Positions 1 through 9,635 of a stretch of DNA of 64,000 bases are shown in pieces. The notes below the pieces were generated by a model that was not told the DNA's origin, searched no databases, and worked only from the letters and a program-made list of their open reading frames with translations. Made by a program: the position numbers and the translations under genes. How positions within the stretch are numbered: the stretch's first letter is position 1; every line of letters begins with the position of its first letter. The DNA is from Candidatus Spongiisociaceae bacterium. Lineage in GTDB: Bacteria; Actinomycetota; Acidimicrobiia; Spongiisociales; Spongiisociaceae. The DNA lies in assembly GCA_965202665.1 (NCBI GenBank), contig OZ241841.1, positions 864,001 through 928,000 of the forward strand, written 5' to 3'.

Positions 1-543
1 GCCGGACCGGTCATCTCCATCCCCCAACCAGGCGACGACGTACCCGCTATCAATAGCTTCGGAAAACGGGTGGACTTCTCGGCTTTTCCCGAGGTGACCA
101 ACATTATCCCCTGGGAAATCTGGAATTCTGAAGATATAGAAAATATGCCCGAATGGACCTTTATGACCTTTACTCCCGGACCCAGCCGTAAGCGTTCAAC
201 AATGGGGATAATGCTCGGTGCTTGGTCCAAGCCAATGTCACTCCAGGTAGGAACCGCTATTTACGGATCCCCGGAACTAGTAATAGGCTATCCTACACCT
301 CCCGGAGTTTTAGAAGTTTTTGTAGTGAAGAGCATAACTCCCTTCCCAGATTATATAGATGATGCCTACAGATTAAATAACAAAACCATTTACCAAGTGA
401 GGGTTTGCGGTGTTACCCCGGAAACCATCAGTTGGGGAATTGAGTGGGGACGACACGCCTACTTGGGAGAAGACGGTTTATATCGTCTCATAGGCAGTGA
501 TACCTATGGTGAAGATGGATTCTGCAATGGCAAACTTCATTAG
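1..543 (+). CDS. Hypothetical protein, 5'-truncated by window edge, low GC; probably first gene of the Tad-associated operon
   Basis: Frame is open from base 1 (AGPVISIPQPG...) to TAG 541-543; stop overlaps the next gene's start region (ATG 527); 301-360 has 23/60 G+C. Confidence 0.6.
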   Translation, partial: AGPVISIPQPGDDVPAINSFGKRVDFSAFPEVTNIIPWEIWNSEDIENMPEWTFMTFTPGPSRKRSTMGIMLGAWSKPMSLQVGTAIYGSPELVIGYPTPPGVLEVFVVKSITPFPDYIDDAYRLNNKTIYQVRVCGVTPETISWGIEWGRHAYLGEDGLYRLIGSDTYGEDGFCNGKLH

Positions 544-2343
544 CTACCTCCTCCGCTACACCCTGCCCATTATAGCTCTCAGCGGGCTGACGTTGGTCCT
601 GATAAATGGTGATGCCAGTGCTGATCTGACCGGTAGCGACCACCGTCATTCGGGTACCTGGCGCAAAGAGATATCCCACGCTAATTGGTGGAGGCCCCTT
701 GGTGGAGGGTCCTCCGTCATTACCGACTGCCAAGGGACAACACATTGCGGCACCCACACCAAGCGCGGTTACAGATGGCTCAAGCACAACACAACAGTCA
801 CTTGGCTGTGCTCCTATGGCGGAAAGGCGTGGAAGACCTATCACAACAGTGATTATGACGGGCCGTCGTCACCGCCGAGCGACGCGCAGGGAACCCGGGT
901 ATGCCGAAGCCAGTTGCATGTCGCCACCACCACTACCACCCGACCGGCGCCTACGACCACGACGACTACAACCGTTCGCGCAGACGAGCCCCCGCCTACG
1001 CCGTCACCGCCCACTACGCCGCCTCCAAGTCGGCCGCGTCCCGCTCCTACTACGACCACCACCACGTTGCCGCCCATTCCAGAGGGCTGGAATGCCCGAT
1101 GCGGTCCGTTCGTTTACAGAAAGAACAAGGCTATCACCGAAACGGAACTGCCGTCCTACGGTTCGGGGTCGCACTACCTGTCGGGCCGACTGCCGCCCGG
1201 CATTTCCTGGCGCGCGGTGCGGATCGACCCGCAGGATCGCAGCTGGCGGCTAGTGAGAATCAAAGGCAAGCCCACCCGGACCGGGACTTGGACTGTTCGT
1301 CTACGCACCGCCGTTCCGGGTCCCGACCCTTCCATCAACTGCACCTTCCAGGTGGTAGACCCCTCCTGGAGAGGCGGTTGCTCTTTCTACCTGCGCCAAG
1401 GGCAATACGCCAATCTCAGGTTGCCGTATTACGGGCCGGGCAGCTTCACCTACCGGTGGGGAAGCGGGCAAATTCCGCCCGGTATGAACAGGATCGGAAT
1501 GACGGTGAGCGGCCACCCGCAGAGGGCCGGGCGTTTCTCCGGTCTTTGGCAAGCATTCGCCCGCGGCAATTCCCGGTACCCCTTCAGCTTCATCCGCTGT
1601 TCGTTCCGAGTGGCCAGCGCGCCGCCCACCACAACCACCACCACGACTTCCACCACAACGACCACCACCAAACCGCCGGTGTCCTGCTCCTGGCGGGTGA
1701 ACAGGTCGGCGGTAAATACGGTCAAAACCAAAATCGGATGGGAAACCCACATCCCCCTGTCCGCGGCGGGCCGGGCCGACCCTCCCCACCCGGACATTCC
1801 CGGCGGACGGAAGTACCTGGTGGTTACCGGCGACTTCGGCGACGGGGTTTTCCCGGACGTGTGGCCGGTGTGGGACGCCGGCGCCGCTTTGAACGTGTCC
1901 GACACCGGCGGTTGCGCGTGGACGGCGCAATCCGTCGTAACCGGGTGCGGCAACTATTTATGTGGAACGAGGCGGACGCGGCGGTCATCAGGCGGGTTTC
2001 CCCGGTGACCGCGGAGCGGTGGGACCGAATGGACGCCGGTCAGCGTTCCCGCCTGCAAGGGCAAATCAGGCGGGAATGGCGGCGGTTGGACGACGAAGCG
2101 GGCCAGATCGACAAAGTGATTCTGGGGTCGTCCTGCCCGATCGCAACGTCCGCCGCCAACCGCTCCCGCCTGTGCCAATGGGGGCTGCCCCATCCCGGAG
2201 TGTACGAGTGGCGGGTGTCGGTGACCTATTCAACGGTGGAGGAAGCCACCGGCGACGCGTTGGAAAGCGAGCTGACGGTCGCCTCCGGCGCCGACCATTT
2301 CGTCCGATTGGTGGACCACGCGTCCTACCAGGGAAGAAGATGA
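527..2343 (+). CDS. Secreted Thr/Pro-linker protein with two putative Ig (He_PIG-like) repeats; adhesin-like; apparent -1 frameshift at ~1941
   Basis: Signal peptide (LLRYTLPIIALSGLTLVLINGDASA), poly-Thr/Pro linkers, repeats GRLPPGI...IKGKPTRTGTW and GQIPPGM...VSGHPQRAGRF. First frame stops at 2008; protein-like sequence continues in the other frame to TGA 2341-2343, which overlaps the next ATG (ATGA). Confidence 0.6.
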
Positions 2344-2963
2344 AGGAGAACCCGATGAACAAACGAATCAGCCGGTCAACGACCAATCGGGGGTTGCGCC
2401 TGCGCCTTTTGGCGGCGGGGTTTTTGACCCTGGCGACGGCCGCCCTGATTCTGGCCTTCGGCCGCTCCTCGGCGGAACCGATGGCGACGGTGGCGGTCAC
2501 TTCCGAACTTTGGGAGGAGGGGGCCGCCGCCGGATACGCCGCCATGCAGGTGCCGCAGGGGCTGGCCTCGTTCTTCGTCTCCCCCGATCAACTGAACGGC
2601 CGGGTGGCGGCTATCGATCTGCAAGCGGGGGTGTTCCTGAGCGACTCCCTGTTGCGGGCCAAAGGCTCCGGCGAAAGCGAAGAACAGGCCCCCGAACCGC
2701 CCGGAACCACCCGGGTGCGGCTGAACATGGACATCGGGTTGTGGCCCCAGCCGGGACCCCGGGCGGGGGAGGCGGCGGTGGTGGCGGACGCTTGGGGAGG
2801 GTGCGGCCTGGCGGTGCTGGAACTGTTGGAAGTGGAACAGGGCGGGATGATGACGGTGCGGGTCACCCCCGAGTTGGCGGCCGCCCTGGCCTCCGCGCCG
2901 CGCCTTTTGGCTTGGCCCCCGGCCTCCGACGGATGGCCCCTGTGCGGGGCGGGGAGCGCCTGA
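2340..2963 (+). CDS. SAF-domain CpaB/RcpC-like Flp pilus assembly protein
   Basis: N-terminal TM helix then SAF-like segment (VAVTSEL...LNGRVAAIDLQAGVFL); directly upstream of the tadA ATPase; ATG 2340. Confidence 0.65.
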   Translation: MKENPMNKRISRSTTNRGLRLRLLAAGFLTLATAALILAFGRSSAEPMATVAVTSELWEEGAAAGYAAMQVPQGLASFFVSPDQLNGRVAAIDLQAGVFLSDSLLRAKGSGESEEQAPEPPGTTRVRLNMDIGLWPQPGPRAGEAAVVADAWGGCGLAVLELLEVEQGGMMTVRVTPELAAALASAPRLLAWPPASDGWPLCGAGSA

Positions 2964-4592
2964 ATGTTGCTGTGCGTCTCCGATCGGCATCTGCCCGCCG
3001 ACGCCGGGGAGTGGGTGATGGCCGCCCTGATGGAAGGGGTGACCGCCCGGGCGCCGGGAGTGGCCTTCATCAGGTCCTCCGATGAAACCGGGGTGCGCGG
3101 ATCGTCGGGATCGGTGCTGGCCCTGACCGACGACGAACCGACTGAACGTTTGCGGGCGGCGGCGGCCGGGGCGGCATGCGTGGTGCGTCTGACCGCCGGC
3201 GCAGGGGCCGGGGTGCGGGCCTGGCTGGGTTTGGACTCCGGCCGGGGATGGCGGGTGCCGGTAGCCGCGCTGATCGTCACCGACCAACCGCTGGCCGACC
3301 GGGCCGGGTTGCGGGAACGGACGGGAGCGCAACTGGTGCGGCGGATACCCACCGTCCCCGACCGTCGGACTTTGCGGGGACTGCGCCGGGTGGGCCGGTG
3401 GGCCTCATCGGCCGCCTCCGCCCCCCGCCGCTTCGACAGCGCCGACCGGCAAACCCGCCGGGGAGCGGCGGTGATCCAAGCCGAAGAAAAACTGAAAAAC
3501 CTGCTGGCCGAACCCGGGGTGGAGGAGTTTCAGATCCGGGGCGGCGAGTCCATGACCGTGCAGTTGGCGGGCGGCCTGATGGAAACGCGGGAGTCGCCTT
3601 TCCGCTCCGAACGGGAACTGATCGAAGCGGTTCGCTTCCTGGCCACGTTCAACGCCGGGGAGCGGCCGCAACGGTTCGATCCGATGAACCCGCGGCTGGA
3701 CATCCGAGTGGGGGACCATTGGCGGTTGCATGCCGAAGGGTTCGTAGTGCAACCGGCCCATCTGGTGTTGCGCTCCAACATGGCGGGGAGGATGAGCCTG
3801 GCCGACCTGGGTTTGGCCGAAGATCGCCTCAACCGAATTTTGCTGGAAGCGGTGACCGGCCGGGTACGGGCCAACGTAGTGATCGCGGCCGCTATGGGAG
3901 GCGGCAAAACCACCCTCTGCCAGGCTTTGCTGGCCCACCTTCCCGACGACGAACGGGTGGACACCATTGAAGATACGCCGGAGTTGCGGTTGGCGGAATA
4001 CGGCATTCACCGCTCCGCCTACGAACGTCTGACCCGCGACCCGAACGCGGACGGGGTGGGCAAGCACAGCATGGCCGACCACATCCGGGACGCCAAGCGG
4101 GCCAACAGCAGCAAACTGGTGGTGGGAGAAGTGCGGGGGGAGGGCACCCTGGCCCTGCTGGACGCCATGTCGTCGGGGATGAGCGGCTGCCTGGCCACCC
4201 TCCATTCCCAGCCGGGGGCGGGGGTTTTGGAGAAACTGGTGGCTTACGCCTGCTCGGAGGGGGCGGAACCGGATTACGCCCGCCGTCAGATCGCCTCCGG
4301 GGTGCATCTGCTGGTGTGGCTGGGCCGCAACGACTTGGGGGAGCGGGTGATAGCAGATGTGACGGAACTGACAGGCATCGACTGGGAAACCGGTCAAATA
4401 GAAACCCGGTGCCTGTGGCAGTTGCGACCGGGCGACCTGTGGGCCAAACCGGCGTCGATTCCCAACGGCCGGATCGGCCGCCTCTACCGGTCGGCGGGAG
4501 TGGAAGTGCCGGACGCGCGAACCCTTCCCTCCACCGCCCCGCGCATAGTGGACAACCGGTTGGAACCGGTCGGCGCCGAGGAGCGGACATGA
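2964..4592 (+). CDS. tadA: CpaF/TadA pilus assembly ATPase with ~160-aa N-terminal extension
   Basis: Walker A AAMGGGKTT, Asp box TIEDTPEL, Walker B VVGEVRG, His box LATLHS. Confidence 0.88.
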   Translation: MLLCVSDRHLPADAGEWVMAALMEGVTARAPGVAFIRSSDETGVRGSSGSVLALTDDEPTERLRAAAAGAACVVRLTAGAGAGVRAWLGLDSGRGWRVPVAALIVTDQPLADRAGLRERTGAQLVRRIPTVPDRRTLRGLRRVGRWASSAASAPRRFDSADRQTRRGAAVIQAEEKLKNLLAEPGVEEFQIRGGESMTVQLAGGLMETRESPFRSERELIEAVRFLATFNAGERPQRFDPMNPRLDIRVGDHWRLHAEGFVVQPAHLVLRSNMAGRMSLADLGLAEDRLNRILLEAVTGRVRANVVIAAAMGGGKTTLCQALLAHLPDDERVDTIEDTPELRLAEYGIHRSAYERLTRDPNADGVGKHSMADHIRDAKRANSSKLVVGEVRGEGTLALLDAMSSGMSGCLATLHSQPGAGVLEKLVAYACSEGAEPDYARRQIASGVHLLVWLGRNDLGERVIADVTELTGIDWETGQIETRCLWQLRPGDLWAKPASIPNGRIGRLYRSAGVEVPDARTLPSTAPRIVDNRLEPVGAEERT

Positions 4593-5386
4593 ACCACACC
4601 GGCTGGATGCTGGCCGCCGCCGGGTCCTTGGGCTTGATAGCGACCCTGTGGCCCGTCAATCCGGGCGGGAGCGCCTGGTTCGCCGCCTACCGCCGTCCGA
4701 TGCGGTCGGAACTGCGGTGGGTGGCCCTCCCCTCGCTGGCGGCCGGAGTAGCCGCAACCTGGCCGGCGGGGATTCTGACCGGCCTTTCCACCGCGCTGTT
4801 AGTAGGAGTGTGCGCCGCCACCGGGCGGGTGATGGCGGCCAGCCGCCGGGCGGTGCGCCGCACCGAAGCGATGTCCCGCTTGACGGCGGTGCTGGCCAAC
4901 CAAGCCACGGTGTCTTCCACGGTGATGGAAGCCCTGTCCCGATCGGCTCCGCTGATCACCGGCCCGGTGGGACAGGCGGCCGCCCGCTTGGCCGAAGAAT
5001 GCGCCGCCGGGAATGTGCAAGCCGCCGCCGACGCCTTCGTGCGAGCGGTGCCCGCCGCCCCCGCCGAATGGCTGGCCGACATCGTTTCCATCACCGCCGC
5101 GGGCGGCGGACGGGTGGGGGATGCGCTGTCGGCCCTGGAAACCCGCACCGGGGAACATGCGGCTACCGTGCGCCTGTTCCACGCCAAAGTGGCGGTCCTG
5201 CTCCCGCAACTGATAGCGGTGGTGGCGTTGGGAGCGGGGATGGTGGCCGCGGTGGCGGCAGCCGCGGCCGATGTGGCCTCCTGGCTGGCCGGCCCGCAAG
5301 GTCAAATAGTCACCCTGCTGACGGCGGGGCTGACCGCGTTGCTGTCCATCCGCATCCTCCTGCCCGCTTGGAACGGGGTCCGCTGA
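4589..5386 (+). CDS. tadB: TadB-like type II secretion system F family membrane protein
   Basis: ATG 4589 overlaps tadA stop (ATGA); multi-TM with T2SSF-like segment (...AAGGGRVGDALSAL). Confidence 0.75.
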   Translation: MNHTGWMLAAAGSLGLIATLWPVNPGGSAWFAAYRRPMRSELRWVALPSLAAGVAATWPAGILTGLSTALLVGVCAATGRVMAASRRAVRRTEAMSRLTAVLANQATVSSTVMEALSRSAPLITGPVGQAAARLAEECAAGNVQAAADAFVRAVPAAPAEWLADIVSITAAGGGRVGDALSALETRTGEHAATVRLFHAKVAVLLPQLIAVVALGAGMVAAVAAAAADVASWLAGPQGQIVTLLTAGLTALLSIRILLPAWNGVR

Positions 5387-6114
5387 TGGCCCTTCTCTGG
5401 GCGGCCGTCGCCTCCGCCACCGCAGCCGCGGTGTTGTTGATCCTGCGCGATCCCCGCCCCGACCCGCACGCCGAGGAACTTACCGCCTTGGGATGGTCCC
5501 CTTTCACCATCCGCATCATCTCCGGAACGGCCGGCCTGCTGTTGACCGCGGCGATCCTGATCGTCGGGTGGGCGACGGCCGGTTGGCGGACGGGGGCGGC
5601 CGTCGGGCTGGGAGTCGGAGCGTGGCTGCCCCGCCTCCTGCCGTTGCTTCTGCGCTCGGCGGCCCTGGCCGGCTACCGAACCGGCCGGGACCGGGCCCTT
5701 TTGACATGGTTGCAACGGGTGCGCCTCTATTCGGCGGTGGGGACGCCGCTGGCCGCGGCCGCGGTGGAAGCCGCCGAGCAGGTGCCCGACCGGGCGTTCG
5801 CCTCGGTGGCCGCCGGCATAGACGCCGCCTTGGAAGAGGGCCGGGATCCGATCGCGGCCGCCGCCCGCCAAGTGGCCGGTTCTTCAGCGGAGACCCTGCT
5901 GGCCACCATCACCACCGTGGAACGATCCGGGGCGGGCAGCGCCGAACTGATCGACCGGATCGTGGACCGGGCCATCGGAAGCCTCACCGCCGTCCGCCGT
6001 GAAAACATCGAACGGCAAAGCCGTTCCCTGATTACCGCCACCACCCTCATCGCCCTGCTCAGCGGCCTGCTGATCATGGCGGCGGTGGCCTTTACCTTGC
6101 CGGGTCTGACATGA
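5386..6114 (+). CDS. tadC: TadC-like type II secretion system F family membrane protein
   Basis: TGATG overlap with tadB; LYSAVGTPLAAA...ERSGAG pattern and C-terminal TM helix. Confidence 0.75.
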   Translation: MALLWAAVASATAAAVLLILRDPRPDPHAEELTALGWSPFTIRIISGTAGLLLTAAILIVGWATAGWRTGAAVGLGVGAWLPRLLPLLLRSAALAGYRTGRDRALLTWLQRVRLYSAVGTPLAAAAVEAAEQVPDRAFASVAAGIDAALEEGRDPIAAAARQVAGSSAETLLATITTVERSGAGSAELIDRIVDRAIGSLTAVRRENIERQSRSLITATTLIALLSGLLIMAAVAFTLPGLT

Positions 6115-6163
6115 ACCCGGTGCGAGTTCTTCCCCGTAAGCAAGCAACGAGAAAGGAGATTCG

Positions 6164-6403
6164 ATGGAATCCCCGGTAGTTCGGATCATGCTGATCGCGG
6201 CGGCGGTGGCCGCCGCCGCGGCGGTAGTGGCCATCATGTGGACGATGCTGAACACCAACGCCCCGGACACGGGGCCTGGTCAGATCGACTACGGCCGCGT
6301 CACCACCGAGCAGCTGTGCAAGGCGGTGGACGGAACGTGGACCGCCGCTTCCAAAAGCTGCGCGGCCCAAACGACCACCACCACCTTGGCGCCCGGCAAC
6401 TGA
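6164..6403 (+). CDS. Flp-like major pilin candidate
   Basis: 79 aa, SD AAGGAG 6153-6158, N-terminal hydrophobic helix, Cys pair; position right after tadC. Confidence 0.65.
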   Translation: MESPVVRIMLIAAAVAAAAAVVAIMWTMLNTNAPDTGPGQIDYGRVTTEQLCKAVDGTWTAASKSCAAQTTTTTLAPGN

Positions 6404-6448
6404 GAAGAAAGGAGGCTACGGGAACCAAAACGGGTTCCGGGAAACCTG

Positions 6449-6856
6449 ATGGAAGCGGCGCTGGCGGTTCTGAAAACGGCGGGGATGACGGCGATGATCG
6501 TCGGCCTGATGTTCACCTTGTTCGTGAAGCACACGGCCCGCATCGCCGCCGCCTCCGCCGCCGACCGTGCCGCCGCGGCCGCTTCCGACCGGTTGGGCTC
6601 CGACTGGGACTGTCGGGAAACGGGCCCCGCCTGGGAGGAGGCGCAACAGCTGGCCGCCCGGGCCGTTGTAGACAGCGTGACCGGGCTGGGTTCGGTGATC
6701 CCCGTCGGAGTGCGGGTCACCGCCTCCCCATCGTGCGTGGTGACGGTGACGGTCACCGCCGCCGCGCTGGGGGTCCGCTCCTGGCTGGGGGCGCAAGCGG
6801 TGCGGTGCTCCCCCGCTCCGTCGGCGGCGGAGATTCCCCTACGGCAACTATGTTGA
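6449..6856 (+). CDS. TadE-like minor pilin
   Basis: N-terminal hydrophobic helix, AAASAADRAAAAAS helix, C-terminal VTVTVT strand; start uncertain. Confidence 0.6.
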   Translation: MEAALAVLKTAGMTAMIVGLMFTLFVKHTARIAAASAADRAAAAASDRLGSDWDCRETGPAWEEAQQLAARAVVDSVTGLGSVIPVGVRVTASPSCVVTVTVTAAALGVRSWLGAQAVRCSPAPSAAEIPLRQLC

Positions 6857-6871
6857 AAGGAGGGTTGCGGA

Positions 6872-7360
6872 ATGGATGAAGCGATCGCCTTGCTGTTCCT
6901 GGCCCCGGTGCTGATTTTCGGCCTGTGGCTGGCTGATTTCACCGGACGTTCCGCTATGGCGGACGGACGGGCGCAACTGGCGGCCTTCGCCGCGGCCGCA
7001 GCCGCCGCCGAGAAGATGGACCGCGCCGGGAACGCGCAGCACCACATAAACAACGCCACCCGCGACGCCCGCGATACGGCTGTCACCGCCATGTTGGGCG
7101 CCTGCCGGGAAATCGGCCGCGGTTTGGCAACCGTAATGTTCGTGGATGAGGAGGGCGCGGCATGGACTTGGAGAACCTGGCGGCAGTCGCCCGCCGGAAC
7201 CGTTCTGAACGAGGTGCGGGTCAAGGTGAAATGCCTCATCGCCCCCTCCCCTTTCTTCAACCGGCTGCGAACCGGCGAGGCGGCGGTGTTGATTCGCCGC
7301 CCCGACTCCCCGACGCCGGTTCCGACCGGCAAACGCCCGCTGGGAACGAGCGGCGGATGA
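6872..7360 (+). CDS. TadE-like minor pilin
   Basis: SD AAGGAGG 6857-6863; EAIALLFLAPVLIFGL, AQLAAFAAAAAA, VRVKVKC motifs typical of actinobacterial TadE-like proteins. Confidence 0.65.
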   Translation: MDEAIALLFLAPVLIFGLWLADFTGRSAMADGRAQLAAFAAAAAAAEKMDRAGNAQHHINNATRDARDTAVTAMLGACREIGRGLATVMFVDEEGAAWTWRTWRQSPAGTVLNEVRVKVKCLIAPSPFFNRLRTGEAAVLIRRPDSPTPVPTGKRPLGTSGG

Positions 7361-7698
7361 CCGCCCCCCTGCTGGCCCTGGCTTTGGCGGCGACGATGTC
7401 CCTGATGATGATGACCCTCAACGATCACGCCCGTTCGGTCAACCACCAAGAATTGGCCTACGCGGCCGCGCAAGCCCAAACCGAGCATCTGATGGCCGAC
7501 TGCGCAACGGGCGACTGCGCCCTCCCCGCCGGCACGCAAGCCTGCAAAATCGGAGATTCCACCCTGCAGGTAACCGCGGAACTGCCCTGGAAACCCCGCA
7601 TATGGTCCGGCCTGACCCCCGCCGTCGGCCGCTACCTAATCCACCTGGAGGTGGCAACCAACCCCCTGCTGAAAACGCTAACCCCCTGCCCAACCTGA
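7357..7698 (+). CDS. TadE/TadG-like pilus-associated protein
   Basis: ATGA overlap with previous gene; N-terminal TM, LAYAAAQA, several Cys. Confidence 0.55.
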   Translation: MTAPLLALALAATMSLMMMTLNDHARSVNHQELAYAAAQAQTEHLMADCATGDCALPAGTQACKIGDSTLQVTAELPWKPRIWSGLTPAVGRYLIHLEVATNPLLKTLTPCPT

Positions 7699-7708
7699 CC
7701 AAACCCGG

Positions 7709-8179
7709 CTAGCGAAACTTCCAGCCGGTTCTAAACTCATCGGCGTACTTCCTGATCGGAAAAAACCTAGCCGAATTGGTGAAAGCGTTTGATGTGAAAT
7801 AAGCCTTGGGGAAACCCTCCGGCAACCATTTCACGCGTCGGCGATGCCGGTAGCAACAGTCAACGTAAAAATAATCGCTGATGACCTGTCCGATGTAGAC
7901 TTTCTCGTCCATCTGATCCGGATAAACCATCAAATCCCCACGCTCAATTTTATTAACAAACGTATGCAGGTGCTCGACATAGATACCCACCTGTATGGCG
8001 TTTATATCAGGATTTAGGGGCTGATAAAGGGCCTTGTACATCTCCCGGGTCTGCGGCAGTTGCGACAAATCGGGCATGCAGTCTTCATCAATAGCCGCCA
8101 CTTGCTCATCTAGGAAAAGACGGCGCCCCAGTTGCGGCCGCGTTCCCCCGCGAATGCCCCATACCTGAGTTTCTTGCAC
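7709..8179 (-). CDS. Stand-alone N-terminal (PUA/EVE-like) domain of Mrr-family restriction proteins, no nuclease domain
   Basis: WGIRGG...LFL...FVNKIERGDLMVYP...IGQVISDY...HRRRVKWL...F.IRKYADEF matches the remembered Mrr N-terminal pattern; GTG 8179 with SD GAGGAGG; lower GC. Confidence 0.65.
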   Translation of the reverse strand: MQETQVWGIRGGTRPQLGRRLFLDEQVAAIDEDCMPDLSQLPQTREMYKALYQPLNPDINAIQVGIYVEHLHTFVNKIERGDLMVYPDQMDEKVYIGQVISDYFYVDCCYRHRRRVKWLPEGFPKAYFTSNAFTNSARFFPIRKYADEFRTGWKFR

Positions 8180-8282
8180 GGCCAACCGGCCTCCTCTCGT
8201 TGCACCCATCTTAGCAACAAGTCATCGCACTCCTGCAAGCGAGTTGCGGTAAACCCGGGGGGAGAATGGAAGTTTTGTCCGA

Positions 8283-8747
8283 TTAGAGGGCGTTGGGGAA
8301 GCCTTGGCGGCGCCAGGCTTCGTACAACGCGACGGCGGCCGCGTTGGACAGGTTCAGGCTGCGGCGGTCGGGCAGCATCGGGATGCGCACCGCCGCCGTC
8401 ACCGACGGGTGGGACAGAATCTCCTCCGGCAAGCCGGAGCTTTCTTTGCCCAGCAACAGGGCGTCGCCCGGCCGGTAGTCCGCCTCCGTGTGCCAAACGC
8501 CGCCCGAACCGGAGAAGGCGAACACCCGGCGCGGAGACGCCGCCGCCAGGTAATCCTCGTAGCCGGCGTGCTCCGCCACCCGGGCGTACTCCCGGTAGTC
8601 CAATCCGGCCCGGGTCAGGCGGGCGTCGTCCATGGCGAACCCCAGCGGATGAATAAGGTGCAAGTCCGCCCCGGTGTTGGCGCACAAACGGATGATATTT
8701 CCCGTGTTGGGCGGAATCTCCGGCTCATGGAGAACCACCTGAAACAT
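8283..8747 (-). CDS. trmL: tRNA (cytidine/uridine-34-2'-O)-methyltransferase TrmL
   Basis: PEIPPNTGNIIRLCANTG, RAGLDY, GKESSGLP, RSLNLSN SPOUT motifs. Confidence 0.95.
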   Translation of the reverse strand: MFQVVLHEPEIPPNTGNIIRLCANTGADLHLIHPLGFAMDDARLTRAGLDYREYARVAEHAGYEDYLAAASPRRVFAFSGSGGVWHTEADYRPGDALLLGKESSGLPEEILSHPSVTAAVRIPMLPDRRSLNLSNAAAVALYEAWRRQGFPNAL

Positions 8748-8768
8748 CGTCCGCCCCGCCGCCCGGCC

Positions 8769-9428
8769 TCAAAACAGGCGCAGGCTGTTGGACGGGAGCC
8801 CCCGCAACTCGTCGTAGTCCACCGCTACGCATTTGATTCCCCGCGCCTCGGCCAGCACCACCGCCTGCGGAGCCAAAGACGCCGCCGCCAAAATTCCCCG
8901 CAACGGGTGCAGCCGGGGGTCGTTGCCCAGCCGGTCCAGATAGCGGGTTATCTGCTCCACCCCGTCCAGTTCCCCTCTCCGTTTCACCTCCACCGCCACC
9001 GTGTCCCCGTTGGAAGCCCGGCACAGCAAATCCACCGGGCCGATGTCGGTCGGATACTCCCGCCGGATAAGTGACAGCCCGTCTTCCAAAACCTGCGGAC
9101 GTTCGGCCAGCAGACGTTGCAGTTCGTCTTCCACCCCGTCCTTCTCCAACCCCGGATCCGCCCCGAAATCCTCCTGATGCTCAAAAAACACCTCGGCGAT
9201 GTTGATGGCCAACTCCTCCCCTTTGGAATTGGACACCACCCACCGCCCTTCGGATTCGGTCAACGTGTTTGGCGAGTTCATCCAGTTGAGAGGCTTGTAA
9301 GCCCCCCCGTCGGCGTGCACCGCCACGCATCCATCCGCCTTCACCATTATCAGGCGAACAGCCTCCGGCAGATGGGCGGAGAGGCGGCCCCGGTAGTCCA
9401 CCGAGCAACGGGCGATGAGCAGGCGCAT
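8769..9428 (-). CDS. nucS: Mismatch-specific endonuclease NucS/EndoMS
   Basis: [16 protein letters not shown]...KADG...YKPLNWM...[10 protein letters not shown]...[12 protein letters not shown]...VEVKR; ATG 9428. Confidence 0.95.
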   Translation of the reverse strand: MRLLIARCSVDYRGRLSAHLPEAVRLIMVKADGCVAVHADGGAYKPLNWMNSPNTLTESEGRWVVSNSKGEELAINIAEVFFEHQEDFGADPGLEKDGVEDELQRLLAERPQVLEDGLSLIRREYPTDIGPVDLLCRASNGDTVAVEVKRRGELDGVEQITRYLDRLGNDPRLHPLRGILAAASLAPQAVVLAEARGIKCVAVDYDELRGLPSNSLRLF

Positions 9429-9635
9429 AACCGCCAGGTTACCCACACGCCCCCCGCCGGCCCGGATTCGCCGCCCCCCGTTTTTCGACCAAATCCAAGA
9501 CGCCTTGTTTCGGCTTCCTACGAGAGACTGAAAACACCTGGTAGAAGGCCTATTTCGGGCCGTCGCGACGAGAATTGGGGAGGGCCGGCGTCGGGCGGGC
9601 GGTGAAAACAGGCGGGTTGCCTTAAAATGGGACCG

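Noticed and set aside
920-1680. ACC/ACG-rich repeats as CRISPR or microsatellite
   Set aside because: They encode poly-Thr/Pro linkers; no repeat-spacer periodicity
6111-6180. Short ORF from ATG 6111 (MNPVRVLPRKQ...) as the missing pilin leader via frameshift
   Set aside because: ATG 6164 has its own strong SD and there is no independent sign of a frameshift
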